39,606 nt of DNA from Nitrospira japonica. GTDB taxonomy: Bacteria > Nitrospirota > Thermodesulfovibrionia > Thermodesulfovibrionales > SM23-35. Positions 11,002 through 20,398 of the stretch are shown here, piece after piece. Made by a program: the position numbers and the translations under genes. The notes beneath the pieces were generated by a model. The model was not told where the DNA came from. It ran no database searches and saw only the letters and a list, made by a program, of their open reading frames with translations. Position 1 is the stretch's first letter; the number at the start of each line of letters is the position of its first letter. Location: NCBI GenBank assembly GCA_020725385.1, contig DYFC01000058.1, forward strand, positions 1 to 39,606. The letters run 5' to 3'.

Positions 11002-11648
11002 AAAAAGTGATTGCTATAGACGGGCCATCCGGAGCAGGCAAGACAACTGTTGCAAAACTTGTCGCAGATAGACTTGGTTTCAATTACCTTGATACAGGTG
11101 CTCTTTATAGAGCAATTGCGCTTTCTTTACGTGAAAAAGGCATTAACGCTGAAAATAGTGAAGAAGAATTAAGGCGAGCCCTTCAAAATATTGAAATTCG
11201 GTATATTAATGGAAAAGTTTTTTTGAATAAAAGAGATGTCTCGGATATGATTCGTACCAAAGAAATTGACCATTATTCTTCAGTTTTTTCTGCAAGAAAA
11301 ATTGTTAGGGATTTCCTGCTTAATACACAGAGAAATGCTGCATTATTTGATAATCTTGTTGTTGAAGGAAGAGATACAACAACTGTTGTATTTCCGGAAG
11401 CAGATAAAAAGATATTTCTTGATGCTTCAATAGACGAAAGAGCAAGAAGGAGATTTCTTCAGTTTAAAGAAAAAGGGATAGATATTTCGCTAGAAGATGC
11501 CAGAGACAGTATAATTGAAAGAGATAAAAGAGATGCAAGTCGCGATGTTGCTCCTCTTATAGTAGCTCCTGATGCTTTGTTAATAGATTCTTCTAATCTT
11601 TCTGTTGAAGATGTTATAAAAATAATTCTTGATTATGTTAAAAATTAA
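10998..11648 (+). CDS. cmk: Cytidylate kinase (start probably CTG 10998; ORF track uses GTG 11007)
   Basis: AIDGPSGAGKTT P-loop, YLDTGALYRA, VEGRD, RDKRD. Confidence 0.95.
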   Translation: MKKVIAIDGPSGAGKTTVAKLVADRLGFNYLDTGALYRAIALSLREKGINAENSEEELRRALQNIEIRYINGKVFLNKRDVSDMIRTKEIDHYSSVFSARKIVRDFLLNTQRNAALFDNLVVEGRDTTTVVFPEADKKIFLDASIDERARRRFLQFKEKGIDISLEDARDSIIERDKRDASRDVAPLIVAPDALLIDSSNLSVEDVIKIILDYVKN

Positions 11649-11656
11649 GGAATTGT

Positions 11657-12517
11657 ATGGAGATTATTGTTGCTAAGACAGCAGGTTTTTGCTTTGGTGT
11701 AAAAAGAGCAATAGATATTGCCTTCAAATTAGCAAATGAAAAACGTGAAGGTATATATACATTAGGACCGATTATACATAATCCACAAGTTGTTGATGAA
11801 TTAAAAAGGCGGGGGATTATTCCTATAGAGGATTTTCAAAATATAAAGGGAATAAAATCCTTGATTGTTAGGACGCATGGGATACCTCTTAGACTTTCAG
11901 AAAAAATCGAAGCATCAGGTTGTGAAATAATAGACGCTACATGTCCATTTGTAAAAAAAGCTCAATATTATGCTAAACTTCTAAAGGAAGAAGGTTATCA
12001 GGTAATTATTCTTGGAGAAAAAAATCATCCTGAAGTGCAAAGTCTTCTTAGTTATGCAGGAGATAATGCAGTAGTAATTAATGCTAATACAGTTCTTCCA
12101 AGGCTTAAGAAAAAAATAGGTGTCGTAGTTCAGACAACACAACCAATTGAAGTTTTGAAAAGAGTTATATCTGATATCGTATCACATGGAAAGGAAATAA
12201 AAGTATATAATACTATATGCAGTTCCACTGCACAGAGATTAAAAGAAACAGGTCGCATTGCAAAAAAAGTTAATGTTATGTTTGTTGTAGGTGGAAAAAA
12301 TAGTGCGAATACAACCCAGCTTGCCCTGCTTTGCAAGTCACTGGGAGTTCCAACATATCATATTGAGATAGCTTCTGAAATTGTAACAGAATGGGTCAAA
12401 GGAGCTGAATATATAGGCATAACAGCAGGGGCATCGACCCCTGATTGGATTATAAAAGATGTAGAAAAAAGAATTAGAAATATAGGAGGGTTACAGGTTG
12501 GTGGAAATTCAAAATAA
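11657..12517 (+). CDS. ispH: 4-hydroxy-3-methylbut-2-enyl diphosphate reductase
   Basis: AGFCFGVKRA, IIHNP, DATCPFV, HPEV, NTIC, SANT, TAGASTP. Confidence 0.97.
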   Translation: MEIIVAKTAGFCFGVKRAIDIAFKLANEKREGIYTLGPIIHNPQVVDELKRRGIIPIEDFQNIKGIKSLIVRTHGIPLRLSEKIEASGCEIIDATCPFVKKAQYYAKLLKEEGYQVIILGEKNHPEVQSLLSYAGDNAVVINANTVLPRLKKKIGVVVQTTQPIEVLKRVISDIVSHGKEIKVYNTICSSTAQRLKETGRIAKKVNVMFVVGGKNSANTTQLALLCKSLGVPTYHIEIASEIVTEWVKGAEYIGITAGASTPDWIIKDVEKRIRNIGGLQVGGNSK

Positions 12518-14084
12518 CGAAATGGAAAAACTTTATGCTGAAACCTTTCACAGCATAGAAGAAGGAAATATTATGAAAGGTAAAGTCATTGCTATAAGGC
12601 AGGATGGAGTTATAGTTGATATAGGTTATAAATCAGAAGGTTTTATCCCTATTGATGAATTTAGTGAAGATGAGATGGTTACACTTAAACCCGGTAGTGA
12701 TATAGAAGTTTATGTCGAAAATATCGAAGACGCTGAAGGAATAGTAGCACTTTCAAAGGAGAGAGCAACAAGGATAAAAGTGTGGGATATTCTTGAAAAA
12801 GCATATAAAGAAGGTAAACCTGTTGAAGGTAAAATAACAGGGAAAACAAAAGGTGGTTTTTCGGTTGATATATCAAGGGTAAATGCTTTTCTTCCCGGCT
12901 CGCAGGTCGATATAAAACCTGTTAAAGACATTGATAACCTTATAGGTAAAAAACTACAATTTAAAGTCATAAAATTAAATAACAAACTTTCTAATGTTAT
13001 AGTTTCAAGAAGAGCAATTCTTGAGGATGAGTTGCAGAAAAAGAAAGCAGAGACTCTTAAAAAACTTGAAGAAGGAAAGATTATGAAGGGTGTCGTCAAA
13101 AATGTTACTGATTATGGTATTTTTGTTGATCTCGGCGGCATTGACGGGCTCTTGCATATTTCCGATATTTCATGGGGAAGAATAAACCATCCTTCTGAAT
13201 TTTTCTCTGTAGGTGATGAAATTGAAGTGCTTATCTTAAAATACGAAAAAGAAAATGAGAAAGTAACACTTGGATATAAACAAAAGAAACCAGACCCGTG
13301 GTTATTGGTGGATGAAAAGTATCCTGTGAACAAACGTGTATCGGGAAAGGTTGTAAGCATCACTGATTATGGAGCTTTTATTGAGTTAGAAGAAGGTCTT
13401 GAAGGACTTGTACATATATCAGAAATTGACTGGTTACCAAGACCAAAACATCCTTCAAAATATCTTTCAGTTGGTGAAACAGTAGAAGCAGTTGTACTTA
13501 AAGTTGACAAAGAAGAAAGAAGACTTTCTTTGAGCATAAAACAGATAAAACCAAGCCCGTGGCAGCTTGTGGCCCAGCGTTATTCACCGGGTCAAAAAGT
13601 AACCGGAAAAGTTAAGACAATTACAGACTTTGGGGTGTTTGTTGGACTTCCTGAAGGAATTGATGCGCTTATTCATATTTCAGACCTCTCATGGACAAAA
13701 CATGTTAAACATCCATCCGAAATATTACGCAAAGGACAGAAAATTGAGGCAATTATTTTAAATATGGAACCTGAATCCGAGAAAATGGCTTTGAGCCTTA
13801 AACATCTTAAACCAGACCCGTGGCTTAAAGAAATACCCGAAAAATTTAAGCTTGGATCAGAAATGAAAGGTAAAATTCTTAATATTACTGATTTTGGCAT
13901 CTTTGTTGAACTTGAAGACGGTGTTGAAGGTCTTGTATATTCATCCGAAATAGTTAAGCCATCAGGTGAAAGCGAAAATGCTCTAAAACCTGGAGACGAA
14001 ATTAATGTAAGGATCATAAAAGTTGATTGTGAAGAAAGAAAAATTGGATTGAGCATGAGAAATCTTAAAAGGCTTGAGGCATGA
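12498..14084 (+). CDS. rpsA: 30S ribosomal protein S1
   Basis: Six S1 repeats (GVVKNVTDYGIFVDLGGIDGLLHISDISW etc.); SD aggagg; TTG or GTG start. Confidence 0.97.
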   Translation: MVEIQNNEMEKLYAETFHSIEEGNIMKGKVIAIRQDGVIVDIGYKSEGFIPIDEFSEDEMVTLKPGSDIEVYVENIEDAEGIVALSKERATRIKVWDILEKAYKEGKPVEGKITGKTKGGFSVDISRVNAFLPGSQVDIKPVKDIDNLIGKKLQFKVIKLNNKLSNVIVSRRAILEDELQKKKAETLKKLEEGKIMKGVVKNVTDYGIFVDLGGIDGLLHISDISWGRINHPSEFFSVGDEIEVLILKYEKENEKVTLGYKQKKPDPWLLVDEKYPVNKRVSGKVVSITDYGAFIELEEGLEGLVHISEIDWLPRPKHPSKYLSVGETVEAVVLKVDKEERRLSLSIKQIKPSPWQLVAQRYSPGQKVTGKVKTITDFGVFVGLPEGIDALIHISDLSWTKHVKHPSEILRKGQKIEAIILNMEPESEKMALSLKHLKPDPWLKEIPEKFKLGSEMKGKILNITDFGIFVELEDGVEGLVYSSEIVKPSGESENALKPGDEINVRIIKVDCEERKIGLSMRNLKRLEA

Positions 14085-14926
14085 AGAAATTTTTATTGAT
14101 TCTTTTCATAATTTTCATTCTTGCGGTAATAAGTCTTTTTTTTGTTTTTTTACAGAGAGAGGTTCCGATTGGAGAAAAAGTTGCTCTTATAAAAATTGAA
14201 GGACCGATATTTGAATCAACAAAATCTATTGATGAGATTAAAGGACATTTAAAAGACCCTTCTGTGAAAGCAATAGTATTACGGGTAGATAGCCCGGGTG
14301 GTGCTGTTGCACCTTCTCAGGAAATCTATGAGGAAGTCAGAAAAGCTGCTGCAAAGAAAAAGGTTGTAGTATCGATGGGTTCTGTAGCCGCATCTGGTGG
14401 TTATTATATTTCTGCTCCTGCAACAAAAATATTTGCCAATCCAGGGACATTAACAGGCTCTATAGGTGTAATAATGGAAATTCCGAATATACAGGGATTA
14501 ATGAATAAGATCGGAGTTAAAAGTGAAGTTATAAAGAGCGGGAAACATAAAGATATTGCATCGGTTTTTAGGGGAATTGGTAAAGAAGAGAGAACAATTC
14601 TTCAGGGTGTGCTGGATGATGTGCATGAGCAGTTTATTAAGGCTGTTTCTGAGGGAAGAAAAATGCGCGTGGAAGATGTGAGAAATATCGCTGATGGCCG
14701 GGTTTTTACCGGACAACAGGCATTAAAAGCTGGTCTTGTAGATGAACTCGGAAATATTGAGGATGCAATAAAAGATGCTGCTAAGCTTGCAGGTATAAAG
14801 GGAGAACCACAGGTGATAAGCAAGAAAGAGGGTTTTTCCTTGAAAAACATTATCAGGGATAATATCCCTGAAGAAGTGAATAATCTTTTTACGTCTGTGA
14901 AAGTAAAATATATCTTTACTCCATAA
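14081..14926 (+). CDS. sppA: Signal peptide peptidase SppA (S49, 36K type)
   Basis: N-terminal TM helix, RVDSPGG, AASGGYY, TGSIGV, KSGKHKD. Confidence 0.95.
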   Translation: MKKFLLILFIIFILAVISLFFVFLQREVPIGEKVALIKIEGPIFESTKSIDEIKGHLKDPSVKAIVLRVDSPGGAVAPSQEIYEEVRKAAAKKKVVVSMGSVAASGGYYISAPATKIFANPGTLTGSIGVIMEIPNIQGLMNKIGVKSEVIKSGKHKDIASVFRGIGKEERTILQGVLDDVHEQFIKAVSEGRKMRVEDVRNIADGRVFTGQQALKAGLVDELGNIEDAIKDAAKLAGIKGEPQVISKKEGFSLKNIIRDNIPEEVNNLFTSVKVKYIFTP

Positions 14927-14948
14927 ATAATAATTTTCGGGAGGACGT

Positions 14949-15230
14949 ATGACAAAATCAAATCTGATAGAAAAGGTTACCGAAAGAATCGGGACACTCA
15001 CAAGAAAGCAAACAGAGATAGTTGTAGAAACAGTTTTTGAAAGCATAAAAGAAGCACTTGCAAAAGGCGAAAAGATCGAGATAAGGGGCTTCGGTAATTT
15101 TAAGCCCAAACAGAGAAAACCGAGAAAAGCAAGAAATCCAAGAACTGGTGATAAGGTTGAGGTTCCTGAAAAGAAAGTTCTTCATTTCAAAGTTGGAAAA
15201 GCTTTGAGAGAAGCTATGAATGCAAGGTAA
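14949..15230 (+). CDS. ihfB: Integration host factor beta / HU-family DNA-binding protein
   Basis: MTKSNLI, IEIRGFGNF, ARNPRTG; rpsA-sppA-ihfB context. Confidence 0.85.
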   Translation: MTKSNLIEKVTERIGTLTRKQTEIVVETVFESIKEALAKGEKIEIRGFGNFKPKQRKPRKARNPRTGDKVEVPEKKVLHFKVGKALREAMNAR

Positions 15231-15240
15231 AAAATTCAGT

Positions 15241-16083
15241 TTAAAAATGAGTTAACGAAATTGTGGGCAATTTCTTAAATTCTTTTTTATATAAAAACAT
15301 TGCTTTTATATAAATTTTATTCCAGAGATGTATATCTTCTTTAAGGATTGTACGTAAGGGTTTCTGTGTATATCCGGTCATAAACCTGAGAACATCTTTT
15401 TTTGTAATTCCTGCATCCATAGAAGAAAATAAAAGGCCTGAAAGATCTTTAATAATCCATCTTTCGGGTGTTTTTTTTCGTATTTGTACTCTATGTAGGT
15501 CAATAATATAAAGTTTTATATCTCTTCCTTCTTTCCACCCGGGTTTAGTTTTATCGAGAAGGAAATGACAGATATATAAATCCCTATGGTTTATTCCATT
15601 CATATGCATAATTCTTGTAATTTCAGCAAGCTTTTTTATTAAATTCAGTTTTAATTTAAAAGAAGGAGGATTTATCTTCCAATCTTTTGTTAATTTTTCA
15701 AGGCTTATAGTATCTGTTATTTCTTCGGTAATAAGAAAGGATTCCATACATAGCGGTGATGTGCCTCTCTGACCGAATCCTGCTATCTTCATTGTATCTA
15801 AGCCCAATTCTGTAAGCTTATTTATGGCTTTTAACTCGTTTTCTGCACTAAATACAGGTAATTTCAAGCTTGAAATGTTTTTCAAAATTTCTATTAATCC
15901 TATCCGTCGGTGAATTTTTATAAAATAGCCTTTCCCGTTTATCTCAAATCTTAATGTTCTTCTATTTTTATGCTCTCTGAATATTTCTCCTTTAAGATTT
16001 AAAATCTCATCAAAAGCTTTTTCTTTGGTAAAATATCTTTGAAGGATAGGACTAAGTTCTAATATTTCTTTTTTGTTTTGCAT
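15241..16083 (-). CDS. waaP: LPS core heptose kinase WaaP (RfaP)
   Basis: RRTLRFE...YFIKIH, EILKN, SFLITEE, GINHRDLYICHFLL, IDLHRVQIR, RWIIKDL; follows waaG. Confidence 0.88.
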   Translation of the reverse strand: MQNKKEILELSPILQRYFTKEKAFDEILNLKGEIFREHKNRRTLRFEINGKGYFIKIHRRIGLIEILKNISSLKLPVFSAENELKAINKLTELGLDTMKIAGFGQRGTSPLCMESFLITEEITDTISLEKLTKDWKINPPSFKLKLNLIKKLAEITRIMHMNGINHRDLYICHFLLDKTKPGWKEGRDIKLYIIDLHRVQIRKKTPERWIIKDLSGLLFSSMDAGITKKDVLRFMTGYTQKPLRTILKEDIHLWNKIYIKAMFLYKKEFKKLPTISLTHF

Positions 16084-17191
16084 ACGTTTCTATAATATTA
16101 GCTGCTTTATCAGGCATGCTAAAAAAATCATTTTCAGATATATATCTCAACCCATTTTCTTTCCACTTCTGTTTGTAGTCTGATGTTATCATATAAGCAA
16201 GTTTATTATTAAAATCCTGCTGTTTGTAAGGTGATGGTATCAATAAGCCTGCATCTGCTTTTTTGATGTGAAACGCATATCCACATATTTCGGTGGTGAT
16301 GATGGGTAGTCCTGCTGCCATTGCTTCAATTAATACTGTACCTGTATTTTCTGTATATGCAGGATGTAAAAGCAAATCCGATGCAGCCATAAATTCATGA
16401 ACATCTTCTCTTCCACCAAGAAAGATTATCCTTGATTTAATGTTTAATTTTTTTGCAAGGTTAATAAAAGGTGATGGCTCGTCCTCTCCTATTATTAAAA
16501 GCACAGTTTTATTTTTTAAGTTTTCAGGAAGACCTGCAATTGCTTTCAATGAACGGTCAAGCCCTTTTGTTTTAAAGGAAGAACCGACTGTAAGAAGTAG
16601 AAAATTGTTAAAATTAATTTTGAGTTTGTTGCAGATATTTTTTCTTATAGATAAATTATTATCTTTTATAATCCTGTCTTTTGATATATAAGGTGGCAGA
16701 ATATGAAAACGATTTGGTTGTGTGCCATAATATTTAATATATTTTGGTTTTTCTATTTCAGAAATAAGCATTATTTGTGTATTATTTTTTTCATTAAAAA
16801 CAGCATCCTCAAGAGCAATATAAGTCCTGTATCTTGGTAAAAAAGATTTTAATTTTCCTCTGGATTCATATATCTTTGCCTTAAAACAAGGATCAGCAGC
16901 ATAATAAATATCAAGTCCAAACATTTTATTAAATCCTATTATGAGATCGAAGTTTGCTTTCAATAAATCTTCATTCACCATCTGTGAAAAGTTCCAGCAT
17001 CTTTGATGATTTGACAAACCCTTAGGTTTTAAAACAGTAATATTAAACCCCTCGGGTCTATCTCCCTGCCAAAACATTGTATTTACAAAAACTTCATGCC
17101 CTCTCTTCAAGCAAACTTCTGCAATATGTTTGAAATCTCTCTGGAGACCACCAAAAGGAAAATATTTAAAAAGACAGAATGCTAATTTCAT
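16052..17191 (-). CDS. waaG: LPS core glycosyltransferase WaaG (RfaG), GT4
   Basis: MKLAFCLFKYFPFGGLQRDF, GFNKMFGLDIYYAADPC, HPAYTENTGTVLIEA. Start ATG 17191 (ATGA overlap). Confidence 0.9.
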   Translation of the reverse strand: MKLAFCLFKYFPFGGLQRDFKHIAEVCLKRGHEVFVNTMFWQGDRPEGFNITVLKPKGLSNHQRCWNFSQMVNEDLLKANFDLIIGFNKMFGLDIYYAADPCFKAKIYESRGKLKSFLPRYRTYIALEDAVFNEKNNTQIMLISEIEKPKYIKYYGTQPNRFHILPPYISKDRIIKDNNLSIRKNICNKLKINFNNFLLLTVGSSFKTKGLDRSLKAIAGLPENLKNKTVLLIIGEDEPSPFINLAKKLNIKSRIIFLGGREDVHEFMAASDLLLHPAYTENTGTVLIEAMAAGLPIITTEICGYAFHIKKADAGLLIPSPYKQQDFNNKLAYMITSDYKQKWKENGLRYISENDFFSMPDKAANIIETYAKQKRNIRT

Positions 17192-17970
17192 GAAAATCTC
17201 TCCCGTCCCTTTTTTATCCATTCAATTTCAGCTTTATTAATAATCCTGTCAACATTAATTTTTTTTCTTATCTCATTATCTATATTGTAAAAATATTCAG
17301 GGAAAAACTTTTCTTCTACCCATTTTTCTGCCCCAAGTTGAAGTCCGAAACGATAAAATCTTATTAGATCTTTATATATACCTTTTAAATTAAAATTGGA
17401 TGAACAAGAAGATTGATCTAAATCTATGAAAAATATTTTGTAACTATTATTTGCTTGAACGAGAATATTTGGCCATTTAAGATCTCCATGAATAGCTCCT
17501 GAATTATGAAAATCAGCAATTGAAAAAGCCAATTGTTTGTTTAAATTTTCTTCTTTGTTTAAAAAACCTTTTCGATATAAATCAGATAATTTTTCTGTAT
17601 CGTTTAAGGCTGTGGAAATAAAGAAAGCATTCTTCTCTTTGAAGGTTGCTTTGATATATTGCAATGGAATAGGTACAGGAATCCCTTTATTATAAAGCAT
17701 GAGATTTTTTTCCCATAAACGTTCTGCCCTGTCTTTATTAAATAGTTTGTGGATAAGGAAATCAAATACTTCTCTATAATTGAATCTTTTTATCAAAAGG
17801 TCGTAATTTTTATTTATAGCTTTGCCCTGCAGAATGCCAACAGTTGTTGAAAAATCATTTTTTTTAAGAATAAAAAACTTGCTGTTTTCGATAACATCCT
17901 GGATAAATTCAGATTTCAGGGGTTCAAAATTTATAGATTCATATAGATTAATTTTAGGATGAATCTTCAT
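17188..17970 (-). CDS. Kdo/WaaP/InaA-family LPS kinase
   Basis: LLIKRF, GIPVPIP, HGDLKWPNILV, FIDLD. Confidence 0.8.
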   Translation of the reverse strand: MKIHPKINLYESINFEPLKSEFIQDVIENSKFFILKKNDFSTTVGILQGKAINKNYDLLIKRFNYREVFDFLIHKLFNKDRAERLWEKNLMLYNKGIPVPIPLQYIKATFKEKNAFFISTALNDTEKLSDLYRKGFLNKEENLNKQLAFSIADFHNSGAIHGDLKWPNILVQANNSYKIFFIDLDQSSCSSNFNLKGIYKDLIRFYRFGLQLGAEKWVEEKFFPEYFYNIDNEIRKKINVDRIINKAEIEWIKKGRERFS

Positions 17971-19479
17971 TTAGAGTATCCGGTATAGTATTGCCCGATT
18001 GTTGTCCCATTTTTTTACTTCAACAAAATCCTTGTTTTTCATAACATCCTGGAAGTTATAACGATTATTCTTCCAGAACTTTGCTTCCCATAGAAAATAT
18101 TTAGCCCCGCTGTTTTTAAGTGCTTTTACCAATTCATTGTAGTTTAATTCCGTAACATGATCGTATTTTATCAATTTATTGCCGCATAGTATCTCTTGAG
18201 ATTTGAGGTTAGCATAAAACATAACCCTTGAATCAGATGCAATTACAACTGTATTTTGATTTTTTTCTGTCCCGGCAATAAATTCACCGATAGTTCTATA
18301 AATTATTTTATCGGATGTTCTCGGAATAAAATTTGATGGATAAATAAATGCGGTTATTACAATATAAAGCACTAAGAAAGAAATAACGATTTTGTCTCTG
18401 ATTTTAATTTTTTTTAGGATATTAATTAATGCTGTGGATCCCGAACAGAAGAAAACAAAAGCAGGTAAAATAAAAAATACCGTATATCTCGGAGATAATA
18501 CGTTAATTTTTAAATAAAAAAGATAGAGAGCGAATAATGAGCAGAGGGATAATAAAATAAGATAAATTAAATCCTTGTCTCTTTTTATTTCTTTGTATAT
18601 ATTGAAAATACCGGTTATGAAAAAAATAACATAAGGCAAATATATTACCCTGACCAGCTTTCTTTGTAGAAGATCGAGAGAGATTATGGATTTTTCAAAT
18701 ATCCCTGAAGTAAAAACATTCGTCCATAAGTCCTCAAAAAAACGCTGGTTTCTTGGCACAAAGTAAAAATTCCAGAGATAAAGAGCTTCCTTCATTAGTA
18801 AGGTATTTAAAAAATTTACAAGAATGGTTAAAACAATCGCTGGAAATATGAAAAAAAAGATTTTTTTGAATTTTTTATTTTCAAAAAATAAGATATATAC
18901 AATAGAACCAATCATATATATTATTATTTCAAAGCGTGCAAATCCCGCTATTAAAAATGAAATGTTACTAAATATTAAAAGAAATGATTTTTTTTCATTT
19001 TTAATAGCAGTTATAAACAAGCAAATACCACAAAGTCCAAAAAACCAGAATAGAGGATCTTTAATTAATTCAACACTGTACGATACAAAAAAGGGATTCA
19101 CACTTAAGGCGAGTCCTGCCATAAAGGAAATTTTCATGTCAAAGAAATGTCTCAACATTAAATACATCGGTATAACGGTCAAAGAGCCAAAAATCAAGGA
19201 TATTGACATGCCCGCAATAATCCAGTCTCCTGTTATCTTGTAAAAAACAGGAATCAGCAAATGGTAAAGAGAAATGAAGTCATATCCACAATCTCTTGCC
19301 AGCTCCCAATTGTTTAGTGCGAGTGCTTTTGCCTGATTTATGTACCATACTCCGTCATGATTAATCAAAGGGGTGTTTAGAAAAGCATAAAATCTTAATA
19401 AAAATGAAATTAAAAACAGCCCGAAGATTATTGCATAATCCTTTCTATTAATTTCAGTTTGCTGATTGTTTGTTTGCAA
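17971..19479 (-). CDS. Polytopic GT-C fold membrane glycosyltransferase (ArnT/PMT-like)
   Basis: Many hydrophobic segments; acidic first loop HDGVWYINQA; late PRY motif; soluble C-terminal domain; TTG start with SD aagga. Confidence 0.65.
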   Translation of the reverse strand: MQTNNQQTEINRKDYAIIFGLFLISFLLRFYAFLNTPLINHDGVWYINQAKALALNNWELARDCGYDFISLYHLLIPVFYKITGDWIIAGMSISLIFGSLTVIPMYLMLRHFFDMKISFMAGLALSVNPFFVSYSVELIKDPLFWFFGLCGICLFITAIKNEKKSFLLIFSNISFLIAGFARFEIIIYMIGSIVYILFFENKKFKKIFFFIFPAIVLTILVNFLNTLLMKEALYLWNFYFVPRNQRFFEDLWTNVFTSGIFEKSIISLDLLQRKLVRVIYLPYVIFFITGIFNIYKEIKRDKDLIYLILLSLCSLFALYLFYLKINVLSPRYTVFFILPAFVFFCSGSTALINILKKIKIRDKIVISFLVLYIVITAFIYPSNFIPRTSDKIIYRTIGEFIAGTEKNQNTVVIASDSRVMFYANLKSQEILCGNKLIKYDHVTELNYNELVKALKNSGAKYFLWEAKFWKNNRYNFQDVMKNKDFVEVKKWDNNRAILYRIL

Positions 19480-19576
19480 AGTGTTTCCTTATTTATAAGA
19501 TGTGAAGGACAACGTAATATTTTAAGATTTTTTTATTTGTGTGAGCAAGCCTTCAGGTTTAATCGGTATTATCATA

Positions 19577-20398
19577 TCAGAAAAACTTATGTTTTTTTCT
19601 TTTGTTTGTTAAAAAAATAATTTTTCTGAGCAAATCCTTTTTTGTTTTTGATAATCCCGGATTTGCTTCGATATAAGATGAAATGAAACGTAATCTATCG
19701 GTTCTTGTAATATGGGGTAGACCAAGCATATTTAACTGAACAAGGTTCTTAAGTCTAAATTTTTCGGATAGGCCTCTTCTTTTAACTGTTCTTTCGTTAT
19801 CTATAAAGTAAAATCTTGCATTTTCACCTGTGCCGCTTATAAGAATGTTGCCAACCCTTAGATCACCATGAAAAATTTCTGATTTGTGGAGACGGCCTAT
19901 TTCTTTCCCTGCAGCGCAAATCATAGAGCGTTTCTCTTTAATTAACCTGAAAGTCATTGGCATTATGTAATGTTTCTTTATGTATTCATATGTCCTCTCA
20001 CCATCTACTGATTCTGTGATTAGAAAATTTTTTAATATAAAAAAATACTTTTTCTTAATTCCAAACAGAACAGGTTCGGGAGTATGAAAATTTTCTTGAA
20101 GAAGCATATGTCCTGCTTTAAAGGCTTTTTTTGCTCTATAAAAACCAAATAGATTCTTTAAAATATCCTTTAACCCTCTATCAAGGAATTCCTTGTAGTA
20201 ATAAATCCTTCTTGTTTCTTTGCTTTCAAACTTAATTACCGAAGTAAAAACTGAACTTTTTATCGGGCTACCTTTTTTCTTTTCGAATAAATCTATTAGA
20301 TCATCTTTAATTTTTAACATTTCATCGAGATTATAAGAATAAAGGATTACCCTGCATGACCCGGAAGTGAAATTTATTTTATGAAGCAGTTCGGTCAT
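19577..20398 (-). CDS. Kdo/WaaP/InaA-family LPS kinase
   Basis: YYYKEF, FHTPEP, FLITE, FHGDLRVGNILI, FIDNER, KNLVQL. Start likely ATG 20398, overlapping the upstream GT4. Confidence 0.8.
   Translation of the reverse strand: MTELLHKINFTSGSCRVILYSYNLDEMLKIKDDLIDLFEKKKGSPIKSSVFTSVIKFESKETRRIYYYKEFLDRGLKDILKNLFGFYRAKKAFKAGHMLLQENFHTPEPVLFGIKKKYFFILKNFLITESVDGERTYEYIKKHYIMPMTFRLIKEKRSMICAAGKEIGRLHKSEIFHGDLRVGNILISGTGENARFYFIDNERTVKRRGLSEKFRLKNLVQLNMLGLPHITRTDRLRFISSYIEANPGLSKTKKDLLRKIIFLTNKRKKHKFF

Noticed and set aside
10999-11007. Slippery A-AAA-AAG with an upstream SD at the aroA/cmk junction, suggesting an AroA-Cmk fusion by -1 frameshift
   Set aside because: The heptamer begins in the aroA TGA stop, so it would need read-through plus a frameshift. 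CTG-coupled reinitiation is simpler.
13100-13940. Repeated DNA words such as aaaccagacccgtgg in rpsA
   Set aside because: Explained by S1 domain repeats.
19521-19574. 17-codon minus-strand ORF (MIIPIKPEGLLTQIKKS) between the kinase and GT-C genes
   Set aside because: Too short, with no SD or recognisable homology.
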